A stretch of DNA of 64,000 nt from an uncultured delta proteobacterium (GCA_963790475.1 CAWBOS010000006.1:448001-512000); one strand, 5' to 3'. Shown: positions 32,093 to 43,404, numbered from the stretch's first letter. Translations and numbers: made by a program. Notes: generated by a model not told the origin, from the sequence alone.

Positions 32093-33658
32093 TCAGGCCT
32101 CTATTGATTTCTTTTCTTCGGAGTTCTTACAACGATGGATGGCCTCCTGGTACTGATGAATATTGGGCATTACCCAACTACGACTGTCTTGGGCAATTAA
32201 ATATTCCGCCGATTCCGGACCCCAGCTGCCGGACGGGTAATTGGGAAAGTTGGCTGGGACCACTGATTCCCAGGCCTCAAGAATAGGGGCGATAACGCGC
32301 CAGGCCGCCTCGGCCTGATCCCCCCGCATAAAAAGGGTGGCATTCCCCAACATCACATCCAGCAGCAGGGTCTCATAAGCCTCGGGAGAAGGAACTTTAA
32401 AGGCTTCTTGATAATAAAACTGCATATCCACGGGACTCAAACGCATGGTCTCTCCCGGATGTTTAGCCTGAAAGCGAAGCAGGATGCCTTCCAGGGGATG
32501 GATGGAAATAAGGAGGCGGTTCGGCGTCCAATCCAAAACCGTAGAGGGAGGAAAGATTTGATGCGGGACAGTTCGAAATTGGATATTGACTTCTGAAACT
32601 TTTGCGGGCAGACGTTTTCCGGTTCGCAGATAAAAAGGGACATCCTGCCAACGCCAGTTGTCCACAAAAAGCTTAACGGCAGCGTAAGTTTCGATCGAAG
32701 AGTCGGGAGAGACGTTTTTTTCACTCCGATATCCCCGGACCTTTTTCCCTTCGATCCAACCAGTGTCATACTGGCCGCGGACGGCAAATTTATGGATCTC
32801 ATCGAGAGGGATAGGACGTACGGCATGGAGGACATCCACTTTTTTATTGCGAATTTCTTCGTCTTTAAAAGAGATCATCGGCTCCATGGCGATCAGGCAG
32901 AGGACCTGGATAAGATGATTCTGAATCATATCCCTCAACGCCCCGGCCTTATCATAATAATGGCCGCGATCCCCGATGCCGTCCTGTTCGGATACGGTAA
33001 TCTGCACATGATCGATGTAACGCCGATTCCAGATAGGCTCAAACAGGGCATTGGCAAAACGGAAAGCCAGGATATTCTGTACGGTCTCTTTGCCCAAGTA
33101 GTGGTCGATCCGGTAAATCTGGGATTCGAGAAAGGTCTTGGTCAGATTTTTATTTAAAGATCTGGCCGAGGCCAGATCACGGCCGAAAGGTTTTTCGATA
33201 ACGATACGGGTTCGTTCCCGTTCAAAGGATAAGCGGGCGTTACCCAACTGTTCTACAATTAATTCAATAGACTGTGGTGGAATAGCCAGGTAGAAAATCC
33301 GGGTGGCCGGGGTGTCCCATTCTTTATCCAGGGTTTTGAGTTGCTTGGTCAGTCGGGAATAGATCTTTGGATCACTAAAATCGCAGATTTGAAAACTTAA
33401 ATGGGAGACGAAGGTTTTCCAATCCTTTTTATCCACTTCCTTGCGGCGAGAGAACTGCTTTACCCCTTGATGCAGATTTTGGATTTGGGCCTCATTGCTC
33501 AGCGACCGATGACCCAGACCGATGATCCGGAAATTATCCGGAAGCCAGTCGTCCAGATAAAGATCATATAAAGCCGGAATCAATTTACGCCGGGCCAGAT
33601 CGCCGGCAATGCCGAAGATGACAAAAACAGTCGGTTTGGGATGATTATCAACCGTCAT
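32093..33658 (-). CDS. zwf: Glucose-6-phosphate dehydrogenase
   Basis: [42 protein letters not shown]; start taken at ATG 33658. Confidence 0.96.
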   Translation of the reverse strand: MTVDNHPKPTVFVIFGIAGDLARRKLIPALYDLYLDDWLPDNFRIIGLGHRSLSNEAQIQNLHQGVKQFSRRKEVDKKDWKTFVSHLSFQICDFSDPKIYSRLTKQLKTLDKEWDTPATRIFYLAIPPQSIELIVEQLGNARLSFERERTRIVIEKPFGRDLASARSLNKNLTKTFLESQIYRIDHYLGKETVQNILAFRFANALFEPIWNRRYIDHVQITVSEQDGIGDRGHYYDKAGALRDMIQNHLIQVLCLIAMEPMISFKDEEIRNKKVDVLHAVRPIPLDEIHKFAVRGQYDTGWIEGKKVRGYRSEKNVSPDSSIETYAAVKLFVDNWRWQDVPFYLRTGKRLPAKVSEVNIQFRTVPHQIFPPSTVLDWTPNRLLISIHPLEGILLRFQAKHPGETMRLSPVDMQFYYQEAFKVPSPEAYETLLLDVMLGNATLFMRGDQAEAAWRVIAPILEAWESVVPANFPNYPSGSWGPESAEYLIAQDSRSWVMPNIHQYQEAIHRCKNSEEKKSIEA

Positions 33659-33668
33659 TCGGATGTCC

Positions 33669-35087
33669 TTAATCCCTTCTCCACCGGGTATGAAAGGTGC
33701 CCGGGATATCGGTTCGTTTATAGGTGTGGGCACCGAAATAATCCCGTTGGGCCTGGATGAGATTGGCCGGCAGCCAGGAACTGCGGAAACTGTCGAAATA
33801 AGCTAAAGAGGCCATAAGACCGGGTACGGGTATGGCCAGATCAACGGCGGCCTTAATCACCTCTCCCATATCATTCTGACAGGACTTCATCTTTTCGGCC
33901 AGTTCGGTAGCGGTCAACAGGTGGATGAGATTCGGTTCAATCCGGTAGGCGGCCTGGATTTTGTCCAGGAGGGCCGCCCGGATGATGCACCCTCCGCGCC
34001 AGATCCGGGCCACCTCATCCAGAGGCACCCCATAATGATAAATTCGGGAGGCCTTCTGGAGCAGGGCCAGACCCTGGCTGTAAGTCACCATCATTCCACC
34101 ATAAAGGGCCTGACCGACCTGGGCTATCCATCCTTGTTGCTCTCCTCGGAACAAGGCTCGAGAGTTTTCAAAAACCCGACTCATGGCCTGCCGCTCCTGC
34201 GCATAGCCGGAGAGGTCCCGCATCATCACGGCCAAGTCGATGGTCGGCACCGGTATCTGTAATTCCAAAGCATTGGTGGAAGTCCAGAGGCCGGTCCCTT
34301 TTTGCCCGGCCTGATCCTGGATCCAATCGATCAGACGGCCTTTGCCCATTTCGTCTTCTTGAAGAAAGATACGGGCGGTGATCTCAATCAAATAAGACTT
34401 AAGTCCGGTCTGGTTCCATTGTTCAAAAATCCGGGACAACTCATCATCGTTCAGCCCCAGTCCCTGTTTAAGAAGCTGATAGGTTTCGGCAATCAATTCC
34501 ATTAAACCGTATTCAATCCCGTTGTGGACCATTTTGACGTAATGGCCGGCCGACCCTTGGCCCAGATAAGTCACGCAGGGTTCCCCCTCCACCTTGGCGG
34601 CGATAGTCTCAAGGATCGGACGCACCCGTTCATAGGCCTGGGGGGAACCGCCGGGCATCAGACTGGGGCCGTAACGGGCACCCGACCCGCCACCGGATAT
34701 ACCCAGACCCATATAAAGGATTCTTTTTTCGGACAAGGATTTTTCCCGGCGATCGGTGTCGCTGAATAAAGAATTACCGCCATCAATAATCAGGTCGTTG
34801 TCTTCAAGGAGGGGGAGAAGTTCCTGGATCATTTCGTCGACCGCTCGGCCGGCGGAGATCATCAGCAGAATAGCCCTGGGTCTGCGCAGCAGCCCAACGA
34901 ATTCGGACAGGTTGGTGCCCGGCCTGATGGGTCGTGAACCGGCCTCTTTTTCCATGAATTCCCTGGTTTTTTCCTGAGTCCGGTTATAAACCGCTACAGA
35001 AAAGCCGTGGTCGGCCATATTCAATACCAGATTTCGGCCCATTTCCCCCAGACCGATTAAACCGATCTCAACCCTCTGGTCAGCCAT
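33669..35087 (-). CDS. gnd: NADP-dependent 6-phosphogluconate dehydrogenase (long form)
   Basis: [39 protein letters not shown]; start ATG 35087. Confidence 0.96.
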   Translation of the reverse strand: MADQRVEIGLIGLGEMGRNLVLNMADHGFSVAVYNRTQEKTREFMEKEAGSRPIRPGTNLSEFVGLLRRPRAILLMISAGRAVDEMIQELLPLLEDNDLIIDGGNSLFSDTDRREKSLSEKRILYMGLGISGGGSGARYGPSLMPGGSPQAYERVRPILETIAAKVEGEPCVTYLGQGSAGHYVKMVHNGIEYGLMELIAETYQLLKQGLGLNDDELSRIFEQWNQTGLKSYLIEITARIFLQEDEMGKGRLIDWIQDQAGQKGTGLWTSTNALELQIPVPTIDLAVMMRDLSGYAQERQAMSRVFENSRALFRGEQQGWIAQVGQALYGGMMVTYSQGLALLQKASRIYHYGVPLDEVARIWRGGCIIRAALLDKIQAAYRIEPNLIHLLTATELAEKMKSCQNDMGEVIKAAVDLAIPVPGLMASLAYFDSFRSSWLPANLIQAQRDYFGAHTYKRTDIPGTFHTRWRRD

Positions 35088-35375
35088 TATCGAATGCTCC
35101 GAAAAATCAATCCATGATAAATGTTTGGTGTTTGGAATAAATGTAGACTTGAATCCTAAAACCGCAAACCATTTCAATTTGATAATTTATTATTATACAA
35201 TAAAAGATGAGCTTGATAAGTAAATAATGCCATTTCTGTATTCGCAGGTCGAAAAGGGTGTATTTTCACTTTTGGCGGATTGGATAGTCGACTGAATAAA
35301 AAAGAGTTGATCTGAGGCCCATCAACATCCTGATAACAAAGGTCCTTTTAGAAGGAATCCACAGGTCATAGCCGT

Positions 35376-36737
35376 TTAAAATAAAATACTTCTCTGTCCA
35401 CTGACGGTTAATGACATGTCTTTTAAAGAAAAATCTTCATCTGGAGTAAATGTCCTATCAAATTCGATGAATTCAAACCTTCTCCACATGCCGTTGGAAT
35501 TGTCCTCTATGGGAGGCATTTCATTCATGGCAATAAAATGCTTGGCAAATGGTCTGAATTTAACCGCTGTTTTATAAGGATACCTCCAGGAACCCAATCA
35601 CCACTGACCACTTCCTTTATTCTGTCGGTATTAGTAGCTATTCTATTAGGGGTTTCACTGGAAACATTCAACATTTTTCCAAACAAATCGAGGACATAAT
35701 ATTCATCGGAGAGACGAGTCAGGTTAATATTGGAGGTATTATCTTCTCCAAACAAACTGGTTATCGTATTAATCAGGACTGATTTCCCAATACTTCCATT
35801 CCCCACTAATAGAAATAAGGTATGCACCGGAATAGACCTTTGAAGGATGTACCCAACAGCCTCTTGTAGAAAATCAATTTGAGCCTGCTTACCTAAGAAT
35901 ATTTCATCTAAATACTTGAAAAATATAGGGCAGGTGGCATTAGGATCAAAGGCATAGGGCAACATGTTAGTAGAAAAGACATCAGGGGTATGGGGGGATC
36001 AATAGCTCAGTTTTAAGATTAAGAATACCGTTAGTAAAGGTCAGAAAATTCAGGATTTCTTCATTACTACTATCATGGCAGATGTTCCCCTTCGGCATAA
36101 TGAATAAAGTTCTCCAATTGGGTTTTAGTAAACAATTCCCTATGGATGCCCAATTTTGTTTGGCATAATGAATTTAAGGCCTTGTTGGATAGAGGTTCAT
36201 AGAAGCGGCCGTTATATCGAAAGAAGACATCCTCGTGAATCTTCATTTTAAAGGTCTGGGAGATAAACTCCTGGAATTTGACAATTTTAAAATTGTAATT
36301 ATCCTTGTTTTTTTGAAGTGAACCCGTGACGAATAATGGATCGAGTCGTTCCTCATCAGACAGCTGAGAAAACGTTCTCGCCTTTTCAATGGTATGGTTT
36401 AGGTATTTTACTTTATCGTTGTGTTCACGATACTTTTCCCCAACGGGATAAATTTCAAGAATCTTTTGAATGAGGGTTTCACTTACCCCTTTATTGATCA
36501 ATCCAGCGACAACAGCCATTTCAACTTCAGACCGAGATTGATAGGTGCCATCATTCCCACGTACTCAATTGACTCCTTTTTCCCATTTCTTTGCATCCGG
36601 GGATTTACTCCACAGTAGACGTTATATCCAGCTTGGGCTAATTCCGAGGCATAGGAAACTGCTCCGTCAATCGAATTAAAAAAATCCTGTTTAATATTTC
36701 CTTTTTTATCAAAGGCCCTAATTTCTATCATGCCCAT
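35376..36737 (-). pseudogene. Degraded phage/plasmid primase-helicase (P4/D5-type SF3)
   Basis: Fragments: IEIRA..YCGVNPR (primase-like), FDPNATCP..GNGSIGKS (Walker A), NEMP..GMWRR; several frameshifts; low GC. Confidence 0.75.
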
Positions 36738-36984
36738 ATCAAATTTTAAAGCCCTTTCAAAAAGAGCTTCAAAAATGAATTAAATATTAATTTTAAATTT
36801 GTCCTAATTGGTAACCACGAAAGGAACACCGTTTAGGTCTGGAAATACGTTAAGGAGGATTTTTGAGATGGAAAAAATACGAAAATATTAGATTCTGAAA
36901 CTGTAACGACTACAAGGAATAATGAGACAGACGTTTGATGATTTGGGACGGGTGGTACTGGGGTTGAAGATTAAGAAAGGTAGA

Positions 36985-37130
36985 TTCTAATTCATGTCTC
37001 GGTAGGATTTTTAACATTTGCAAAAAGATTGTGTTATAATGGGTCATGGCTTGAATCTCCTTCTTTGTTAATAGGTTGGACAAACCCTTTTTAACAAATG
37101 AAAGCAAGATTTCAAGCCTTTTTTATATTT
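36985..37130 (-). mobile_element. IS4-family transposase N-terminal remnant (DUF4372-like)
   Basis: RBS AGGAG then MTHYNTIFLQMLKILPRHELE, truncated. Confidence 0.55.
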
Positions 37131-37202
37131 TTTACCGGTCACTAATGCTATTTTAATAGGTATGAAAAGGGTGTAATTTGCCGGCCCAAGGAGAAACAGG
37201 CT

Positions 37203-38573
37203 ATGGACAGGAGTCTCGGAATTGATCTCACCACGGGCAGCATACCGCGGCATTTATTGAGCTTTTCTCTTCCCATGCTGGCCGGTAACCTCATCCAGAT
37301 CGGTCAGAGCATCATTAATACCATATGGGTGGGCCACTTGGTGGGAGAAAATGCCGTGGGGGCCATTGGCGTCAGTTTTCCCGTGATCTTCATTCTCATG
37401 GGCTTTGCCATGGGTATGTCCATGGCCACGACCATCCTCGTATCCCAGTATTACGGATCCAAGGATCTGATCTTGGTGGAAAAAGTCATCCATAACTCAT
37501 TTTCCCTTGCCCTCATACTGGGTGTTGTCCTGTCCGTGGCAGGTATGACTTTTGCCGATTCCATCCTCAGAATCATGAAGACCCCGCCTGAAAATTTCAC
37601 CATGGCTTCGATCTACCTTAAAATCATCCTCGGAGGTTTTATACTTTTCTATGTCACCTTTATTATAAACTCCGTCCTGCGGGGGATCGGCGATACAGTA
37701 ACACCGCTTATATTCATGGCCGTGGCCATCGGTCTCAACGCCCTGCTGGATCCTTTTTTCATCGGCGGGTTCGGTCCCTTCCCGCATTTCGGTCTTATGG
37801 GAGCGGCCTGGGCCACGGTGATCTCACAGGCCATAGGGTTCGGCACCGGCATCGTCTATCTCAACCTGAAAAAGCACTTGGGGGCTTTTAATCCAAAGAA
37901 ACTCATTTTAAACAGAACTATCACGGGTAAGCTCTTCAGGATCGGACTGCCCTCCATCGTTCAGCAGCTGCTGATCTCCATGAGCTCGCTCCTGGTAACC
38001 ACTATGGTCAATACCTTCGGGGCCGCAGCCACCAATGCCTTTGGCGCCGTGATGCGGGTGGAAATGTTTGCCATCCTGCCCGCCAGTTCCATAAGCATGG
38101 CCGTTTCAGCGCTGACGGGGCAGAACCTCGGGGCAGGCAAACCGCAAAGGATCAAAGCGGTCTTCCATTGGGGCCTTCTGCTGATCTCCTCGATCACCTT
38201 GATCATCTCTCTTATTGCGGTTTTTCTCTCGGGCCAGATCCTCACCATATTCGGTCTCGGTAAGGACGCACTGGTAATGGAAATCGGGATCAACTACTTA
38301 CACATCGTGGGCGCCTGCTATTTGATTTTCTCCATAGGCTTTGTGTCGAACGGCGTCATCAACGGAGCCGGTCATACCATCATCACCATGATGTTTTCTC
38401 TCCTTTCCTTGTGGGTGCTCAGGATACCCCTGGCCGGGGTCCTGTCCAGGACCGGCCTGGGCATCACGGGTATATGGGTCGGTATTGCGCTGAGCTTTTT
38501 TGGATTTTCGTCGGCAAGTCTCAGCTATTACCTCACGGGAAGATGGAAAAAAAGCGCCATTGCACCCCGTTGA
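37203..38573 (+). CDS. MATE family efflux transporter
   Basis: LTTGSI, SLPML.GN..Q, LRGIGDT.TP, N.LLDP, GQNLGAG. Confidence 0.93.
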   Translation: MDRSLGIDLTTGSIPRHLLSFSLPMLAGNLIQIGQSIINTIWVGHLVGENAVGAIGVSFPVIFILMGFAMGMSMATTILVSQYYGSKDLILVEKVIHNSFSLALILGVVLSVAGMTFADSILRIMKTPPENFTMASIYLKIILGGFILFYVTFIINSVLRGIGDTVTPLIFMAVAIGLNALLDPFFIGGFGPFPHFGLMGAAWATVISQAIGFGTGIVYLNLKKHLGAFNPKKLILNRTITGKLFRIGLPSIVQQLLISMSSLLVTTMVNTFGAAATNAFGAVMRVEMFAILPASSISMAVSALTGQNLGAGKPQRIKAVFHWGLLLISSITLIISLIAVFLSGQILTIFGLGKDALVMEIGINYLHIVGACYLIFSIGFVSNGVINGAGHTIITMMFSLLSLWVLRIPLAGVLSRTGLGITGIWVGIALSFFGFSSASLSYYLTGRWKKSAIAPR

Positions 38574-38993
38574 CGAGTCCTTTTGGAACTAAAACCTGGA
38601 CCACAGAATGGTACTCTCGGCGAGGTTGAAGTCTCAGCGCCGGAATAATCGATACCGATGTAACCTCCAAATGAAAGCCCTGGAAAGGGAGAGTATTTGG
38701 AGGCCGGCTCATTCGGATAAGATCCGTAAGACAGGCCGGGGGTTAGGATTGATAAACGTACTTAAAGATACTTTTCCATCAGTGGCCCTAGATAGAAACG
38801 AAACGAAGCTATACAGGGGCTTATACTCGTCAGAACCAGGTGGGAGGGTTATTGAAAAGATGGGTGGTAAGAAATTAGATAAAGTGAATTAAAAATTGAC
38901 AGTATTAATGATTTAGTTTTTTTCAGAAATGAATGGTTCAGGCGGGGACGTTTGGATGAATGAGTTTTAAGGGATTCCCATATATTGTTGAAA

Positions 38994-39287
38994 TTAATTA
39001 TCAGCTCTATTTCTCGAATAGGGAAAAATACTCAGAATAAAGTACCCTATTAAAGCATAAACGATAAGCGCAGCAAGGGTGGCAAAATCAACCACGAAAC
39101 CTGAAAATTTATAATCTGGAAGAATTTTGGCAAATGGCGCTACAAGTCGCGCTGTGACACGATAAAGCCAGGCAACGAACGGCGTGCTTGCATTAACTAC
39201 CAAAAACTTAAATATCAATCTGACACTTAAAAGTAGTTCAATAACGCCCATCACAATATTAATGAATGCCCGTATAATTCTAAACAT
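38994..39287 (-). CDS. YggT-like membrane protein
   Basis: R..FK....STPFVAWLYRVT..LVAPF pattern, two TM segments. Confidence 0.7.
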   Translation of the reverse strand: MFRIIRAFINIVMGVIELLLSVRLIFKFLVVNASTPFVAWLYRVTARLVAPFAKILPDYKFSGFVVDFATLAALIVYALIGYFILSIFPYSRNRADN

Positions 39288-39482
39288 AATTTGTTTTAAT
39301 TCTCTTTTGCTTGAGTTAATCCAACTCTTCCGCTCTTTGATAAGACTTTGCTTTTAGATTCAAAAGTATAAAATAAGATGAAATAGCAGTCAAGGAGAAA
39401 AAAGGAAGAAAAAACAGGGGTGATGGAATGAGAATGGAGATTAAATAAAGGGGGCTCACTCCTTTAGAAAGGGGGATAAAGC

Positions 39483-39734
39483 ATGGCAGCATTTGATTGG
39501 AGCAAAGGACTGGTCAAGGGATTATTTTGGGGTGGCTTAATGGGTGTAGTTGTCGGCATCCTCTATACCACCAAAAGGGATAAGGGGACATGGGAGAGCG
39601 TCGGTAAATCTGCGGATGAGTTGGTTGATAGAACCAAGGAGCAGATTGGGCAAGCGCGGAGGAAAATAGAGGAACTGGCGAACCGTGGAAAGGATTTATA
39701 CGAAGGGGACAAGGAAAGTCTAAAGGAAGTCTAG
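39483..39734 (+). CDS. YtxH-like protein
   Basis: GLFWGGLMGVVVGILY then charged helical tail; RBS GGGGA. Confidence 0.7.
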   Translation: MAAFDWSKGLVKGLFWGGLMGVVVGILYTTKRDKGTWESVGKSADELVDRTKEQIGQARRKIEELANRGKDLYEGDKESLKEV

Positions 39735-39859
39735 GTACCTCAGGGTTAGAGGACATTCTGATATGACCCCCCGTTCCTACTGGCTGATTAAGGAATCATA
39801 CCGAATAACGACGAAAAGCTGGAAGATAGCAAATCAAAAAACAAGCGGATAGTATCCTA

Positions 39860-39985
39860 ATGCTTATATTCTGGGTGATTACAGTGATAGTGACGATGCA
39901 AAGGGGGGAAAGGGTTGGTGTGTAGTAACAAGATGGGAGGTTAACTTTTATAACTGACGGTAATCACAAACAGTAATCCCTCTTA
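39860..39985 (+). pseudogene. Degenerate copy of lmo0937-family membrane peptide
   Basis: MLIFWVITVIV..GLV...MGG pieces resemble the intact copy at 42240-42386; stops and frameshifts. Confidence 0.3.
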
Positions 39986-40271
39986 TTGTTTTCTTGGTCA
40001 GCTTCCCTAAGAGGCGGAGAACCTCTTCGCCTGCGGGAGTTAGCTGGAGGTTATGGCGGACTAATCGGTAAGGTCAAGAAAATCCTGGGAAAATAGTAGA
40101 AGTCAAGACAGGGTTTGATCCGGCAAAACCACCCGTTGGCCTCCATAACGTTCATATCATCCCAAAGAGCGTGGACTATTTCGGGTGATAAGTCCCCGCC
40201 TTGATGCCCGGGGGTATACCGTAAGATAGCAGTAATTGGCCATACTTTGGTGTCTTGAATAAGAGAGCTTA

Positions 40272-40310
40272 CCGGGCTCGGTGGTTTGCTAATCACTATC
40301 ACCGAGCCCC
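40272..40310. terminator. GC-rich hairpin downstream of the Rieske-FAD gene
   Basis: GGGCTCGGTG ... CACCGAGCCC 10-bp stem; no clear U tract. Confidence 0.35.
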
Positions 40311-40422
40311 GGTGTTTAGTCGGGCTTAGAAACCCTAGTCCTTTGGACCAGGGCACGGTCAGGCTTCGGGATGCGAGCCAACTGATCTGCGAACTTGTCA
40401 GGGCGAGGAATGCACAATAGCG

Positions 40423-42036
40423 CTATGAATGTAGCGCGCCGACCTCTAAGGCTCGTAGCACGTTGAGCATTTCATCCTGCGATTTGCCACGGACTGCTTC
40501 TGCAGGCGGAAGTTCTCCACGACGCATCAATTCTTCGAAGGCACTCAGCTTTTCACTGTGCGGGCTAATCATCGCAAGGAAGCGGTTGTTCTTAAGCAGG
40601 TACGCAACGAAGTCAGATTTGGAAACGTCGCCACTGATAATGACTTCGTCCCACGTGTGTGCCCATCCCATATAGGCAAGCGACACGCCGCATTGTTCAG
40701 TCCAGAAGAACGGCACCGCGTCGAACGGCTTGCCGTTTCCTACCATCGCCCGAGCAGCGGCGCGTCCCTGCTGCAGAGCCAGGCGCCAGTGTTCTATCCG
40801 AATACGCTGACCCTCATTGTGCGGATCCATATAACGGGCCACGTCTCCGGCAGCATACACACCCGCAGCCACGCGAAACTCTCCATCCACATCGAGACTA
40901 CCATCCGGGTTCAATTGCACGCTTTTCACGAAATCGGTAGCTGGGCGGACTCCAATACCCACCACAGCAAGATCGCAATCAATAGTAGTGCCATCATCGA
41001 GGGTGACACTCGACACTTCCTTGCTGCCGTTGAACCGGCTGACCGTACGTCCCGATCTGAATATGGTGCCCTTGGATTCGTGAGCCTTCTTCAGGGTGTT
41101 CGCGATTTCTTCTCCAAAAACCTGCTTGAACGGCACAATAGCACGTCCGATAATCGTCACCTGGACCCCGCGATTTGCGAGACTGGACGCCACTTCCATG
41201 CCGATGAAGCTGTCGCCGACGATTACCGCTCTTTTGCCCTTTTGTGCCAGGGCAATAATCGCATTGCAGTCGTTAAGCGAACGCAGAACAAGCACATTTC
41301 GCATGTTGGCGCCAGGCACATCGAGTTTGCGCGGGATGGACCCACTGGCGAGCAACACCATATCAGGCACGAGTGTTGTCCCGTCGTCAAACTGAATGCT
41401 CCTTTGGGGGACGTCGAACGCCATGACGTGTCTGTTCATGCGCTCGATGTGGTGCCGTTTATAGAAGTCTTCGGAGCGGATGTCCAACGATACCAAAGTC
41501 GAGGCGGGATCTCCCGCCAGATAACCCTTGCTGCAGTTCGGGCGGTCATATGGAATGTGATCCTCCTGGCTGATCATCAGGATCCGCCCTCGATAGCCTT
41601 CCTGTCGCAGCGCTTCCACTGCAGCGGCCGCCGCAGCCCCCCCGCCAATCACGGCAAAGACACGTTTGTCACGGGCGGGCTCAAATCGCGCCATGGGCAT
41701 CTGGCGGCTGCCTTCCTTCTTGTCGGGCATGTCCAGATAGATGTTGTCGTGTTCGATGTGCCCATCATAATGTTCCAGTCCGTCGAGAGAGCAAGGTTCC
41801 AAAAGATCACCGGTTTTCACGTCGAACTTCGCCTGATGCCACGGACAGATGATGTGCCCGTCGTGAAGCGTACCTTCGTGCAGCGGCGCGCCATAGTGTG
41901 GACAAGTACCACTTAAAGCCTGAAACCTTCCATTCCACTTGGCAAGCAAAATCGGCGAATCATCCACTTTGACCTGCTTCATCTGATTATCCTGAAGGTC
42001 ATGAGTGCTTCCTATCTTAACTTTCTTGGCTTTCAT
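40423..42036 (-). CDS. Rieske [2Fe-2S] plus FAD-dependent oxidoreductase (ferredoxin reductase/AIF-like)
   Basis: CPHYGAPL..CPWH, IGGGAA, PYDRP, GDSFIGME, AAGD, EHW, VPFFWTEQ. Confidence 0.92.
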   Translation of the reverse strand: MKAKKVKIGSTHDLQDNQMKQVKVDDSPILLAKWNGRFQALSGTCPHYGAPLHEGTLHDGHIICPWHQAKFDVKTGDLLEPCSLDGLEHYDGHIEHDNIYLDMPDKKEGSRQMPMARFEPARDKRVFAVIGGGAAAAAAVEALRQEGYRGRILMISQEDHIPYDRPNCSKGYLAGDPASTLVSLDIRSEDFYKRHHIERMNRHVMAFDVPQRSIQFDDGTTLVPDMVLLASGSIPRKLDVPGANMRNVLVLRSLNDCNAIIALAQKGKRAVIVGDSFIGMEVASSLANRGVQVTIIGRAIVPFKQVFGEEIANTLKKAHESKGTIFRSGRTVSRFNGSKEVSSVTLDDGTTIDCDLAVVGIGVRPATDFVKSVQLNPDGSLDVDGEFRVAAGVYAAGDVARYMDPHNEGQRIRIEHWRLALQQGRAAARAMVGNGKPFDAVPFFWTEQCGVSLAYMGWAHTWDEVIISGDVSKSDFVAYLLKNNRFLAMISPHSEKLSAFEELMRRGELPPAEAVRGKSQDEMLNVLRALEVGALHS

Positions 42037-42095
42037 GTTACGTCTCCTTTTAATTCTGGTTACTGAAACTGTCTCTCTAATAGCGCCCAATTCCC

Positions 42096-42225
42096 TTGCC
42101 AATACTGATTCAAAAGATTTACGAAGTGGATCTCCTTACCTGCCCAATGGTGGGAGGCGATGCGGATTATCAGCATTATCGAGGATCAGGAAGTGATCAA
42201 CATGATTTTAGGGTACTTGGGTTTG
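42096..42225 (+). mobile_element. C-terminal remnant of an IS91-like (Y2) transposase
   Basis: LIQKIYEVDLLTCP, then MRIISIIEDQEVI..IL..LGL in a shifted frame. Confidence 0.6.
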
Positions 42226-42239
42226 AGGACTGTTCTTTA

Positions 42240-42386
42240 CTACCCTCGTCGCCCTTGAATGAAGCCGACTATCAGAACGATAATAGCAATTACCAGCGCG
42301 ATGTGAATGAAACCTCCCATCGTATAACTGGTCACCAAACCCAGCAGCCACAGAATTATCAGTATTACAGCAATCGTCCACAACAT
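42240..42386 (-). CDS. lmo0937-family small membrane protein (48 aa, below ORF-track cutoff)
   Basis: MLWTIAVILIILWLLGLVTSYTMGGFIHIALVIAIIVLIVGFIQGRRG; RBS AAGGAGGAG. Confidence 0.88.
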   Translation of the reverse strand: MLWTIAVILIILWLLGLVTSYTMGGFIHIALVIAIIVLIVGFIQGRRG

Positions 42387-42434
42387 GGGATTCTCCTCCT
42401 TTTATTAATTTATTTTAAGAATACCTAATACAAA

Positions 42435-42450
42435 TGCAAGTAGCTTACCA
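42435..42450 (-). promoter_or_regulatory. Sigma-54-type promoter for the lmo0937-family gene
   Basis: Minus strand TGGTAAGCTACTTGCA = GG-N10-GC. Confidence 0.55.
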
Positions 42451-43006
42451 ACAGCCGGGGGAAAAAAGAAGTATGAAAACAGGCCTGATATCGTAAGGTT
42501 TGACGAATAGGAGATAATAATAAGGAAGGTTGAAACTATTTTTCAGCCTCAATATTTGGTGGAACCACCATATATGGAGGAAAACTTTGAGGTAGTCGGG
42601 CAACTTAGCGCGTGTTGAATCTGGGATTGTAAAAAAGAAAAAAAGATTTTGTTTGCTCAGAGATAGAAAAATATCTTTTAGGATAATACCACACCATTAC
42701 CGATTACCGATTCAACTCTTGAATAATCAGGAAGATGCGAAAAGCAATGTTACAGGAAGAAGTCATATGCTATAGAATAAGAGTGTGAAACCCTCCTGTC
42801 CATGATATGCTTAAGCTTTGCCTTTGCTCGCTCGGGGTGACAGTCAAAGATGTTCTTGCCCATGAGCTCCACGCCACCAAACTTTTTGAACATCACTCCA
42901 CAAAAATACTGTCTTGTTTCCCCCAAAATACAGCCTTTAAGGCATTCCTATTTTCAAATGTTCCCGCTACCGTAATCAATAGAAAATAATCTTTAGGAGG
43001 TGTGGC

Positions 43007-43366
43007 ATGGCCAATCCATTTGTTCACCTTGAATTGCATACCAAAGACGTGGAGAAGTCAAAAAAGTTTTACACAAGTCTGTTCGACTGGAAGTTGGAAG
43101 AATTTCCAGGCATGGACTACACGATTATCAACGTTGGGGAAGGAACAGGCGGTGGAATGATGAAGAACCCTATGCCAAACAGTCCCGACAACTGGCTTCC
43201 CTACATCCTGGTAGACGATATCGCAGCATCGACAAAAAAAGCGAAGTCGCTCGGAGCTGCCATTGTCCAGGAGGTTACCGAGATTCCCGACATGGGGTGG
43301 TCCAGCGTGATTTTGGATCCGACGGGTGCGCCCTTTGGACTCTTTCAACCAAAAGCAAACCAGTAA
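43007..43366 (+). CDS. VOC/glyoxalase family protein
   Basis: FVHLEL.T.D, FY..LFDW, WLPYILVDD, DPTGAPFGL; RBS AGGAGG. Confidence 0.9.
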   Translation: MANPFVHLELHTKDVEKSKKFYTSLFDWKLEEFPGMDYTIINVGEGTGGGMMKNPMPNSPDNWLPYILVDDIAASTKKAKSLGAAIVQEVTEIPDMGWSSVILDPTGAPFGLFQPKANQ

Positions 43367-43404
43367 GGTTGCGAATTCGAAAGACCGGACGGAGGGAACA
43401 GCAG

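Noticed and set aside
38608-38892. 94-aa plus-strand ORF
   Set aside because: No motif; the minus strand has a YIGIDYSGAET fragment suggesting a decayed gene, too short to call.
1181-41916. Long antisense or overlapping ORFs such as 1181-2014, 8072-9067, 12490-13494, 26499-27683 and 40558-41916
   Set aside because: Shadows of well-supported genes on the opposite strand, with no motifs.
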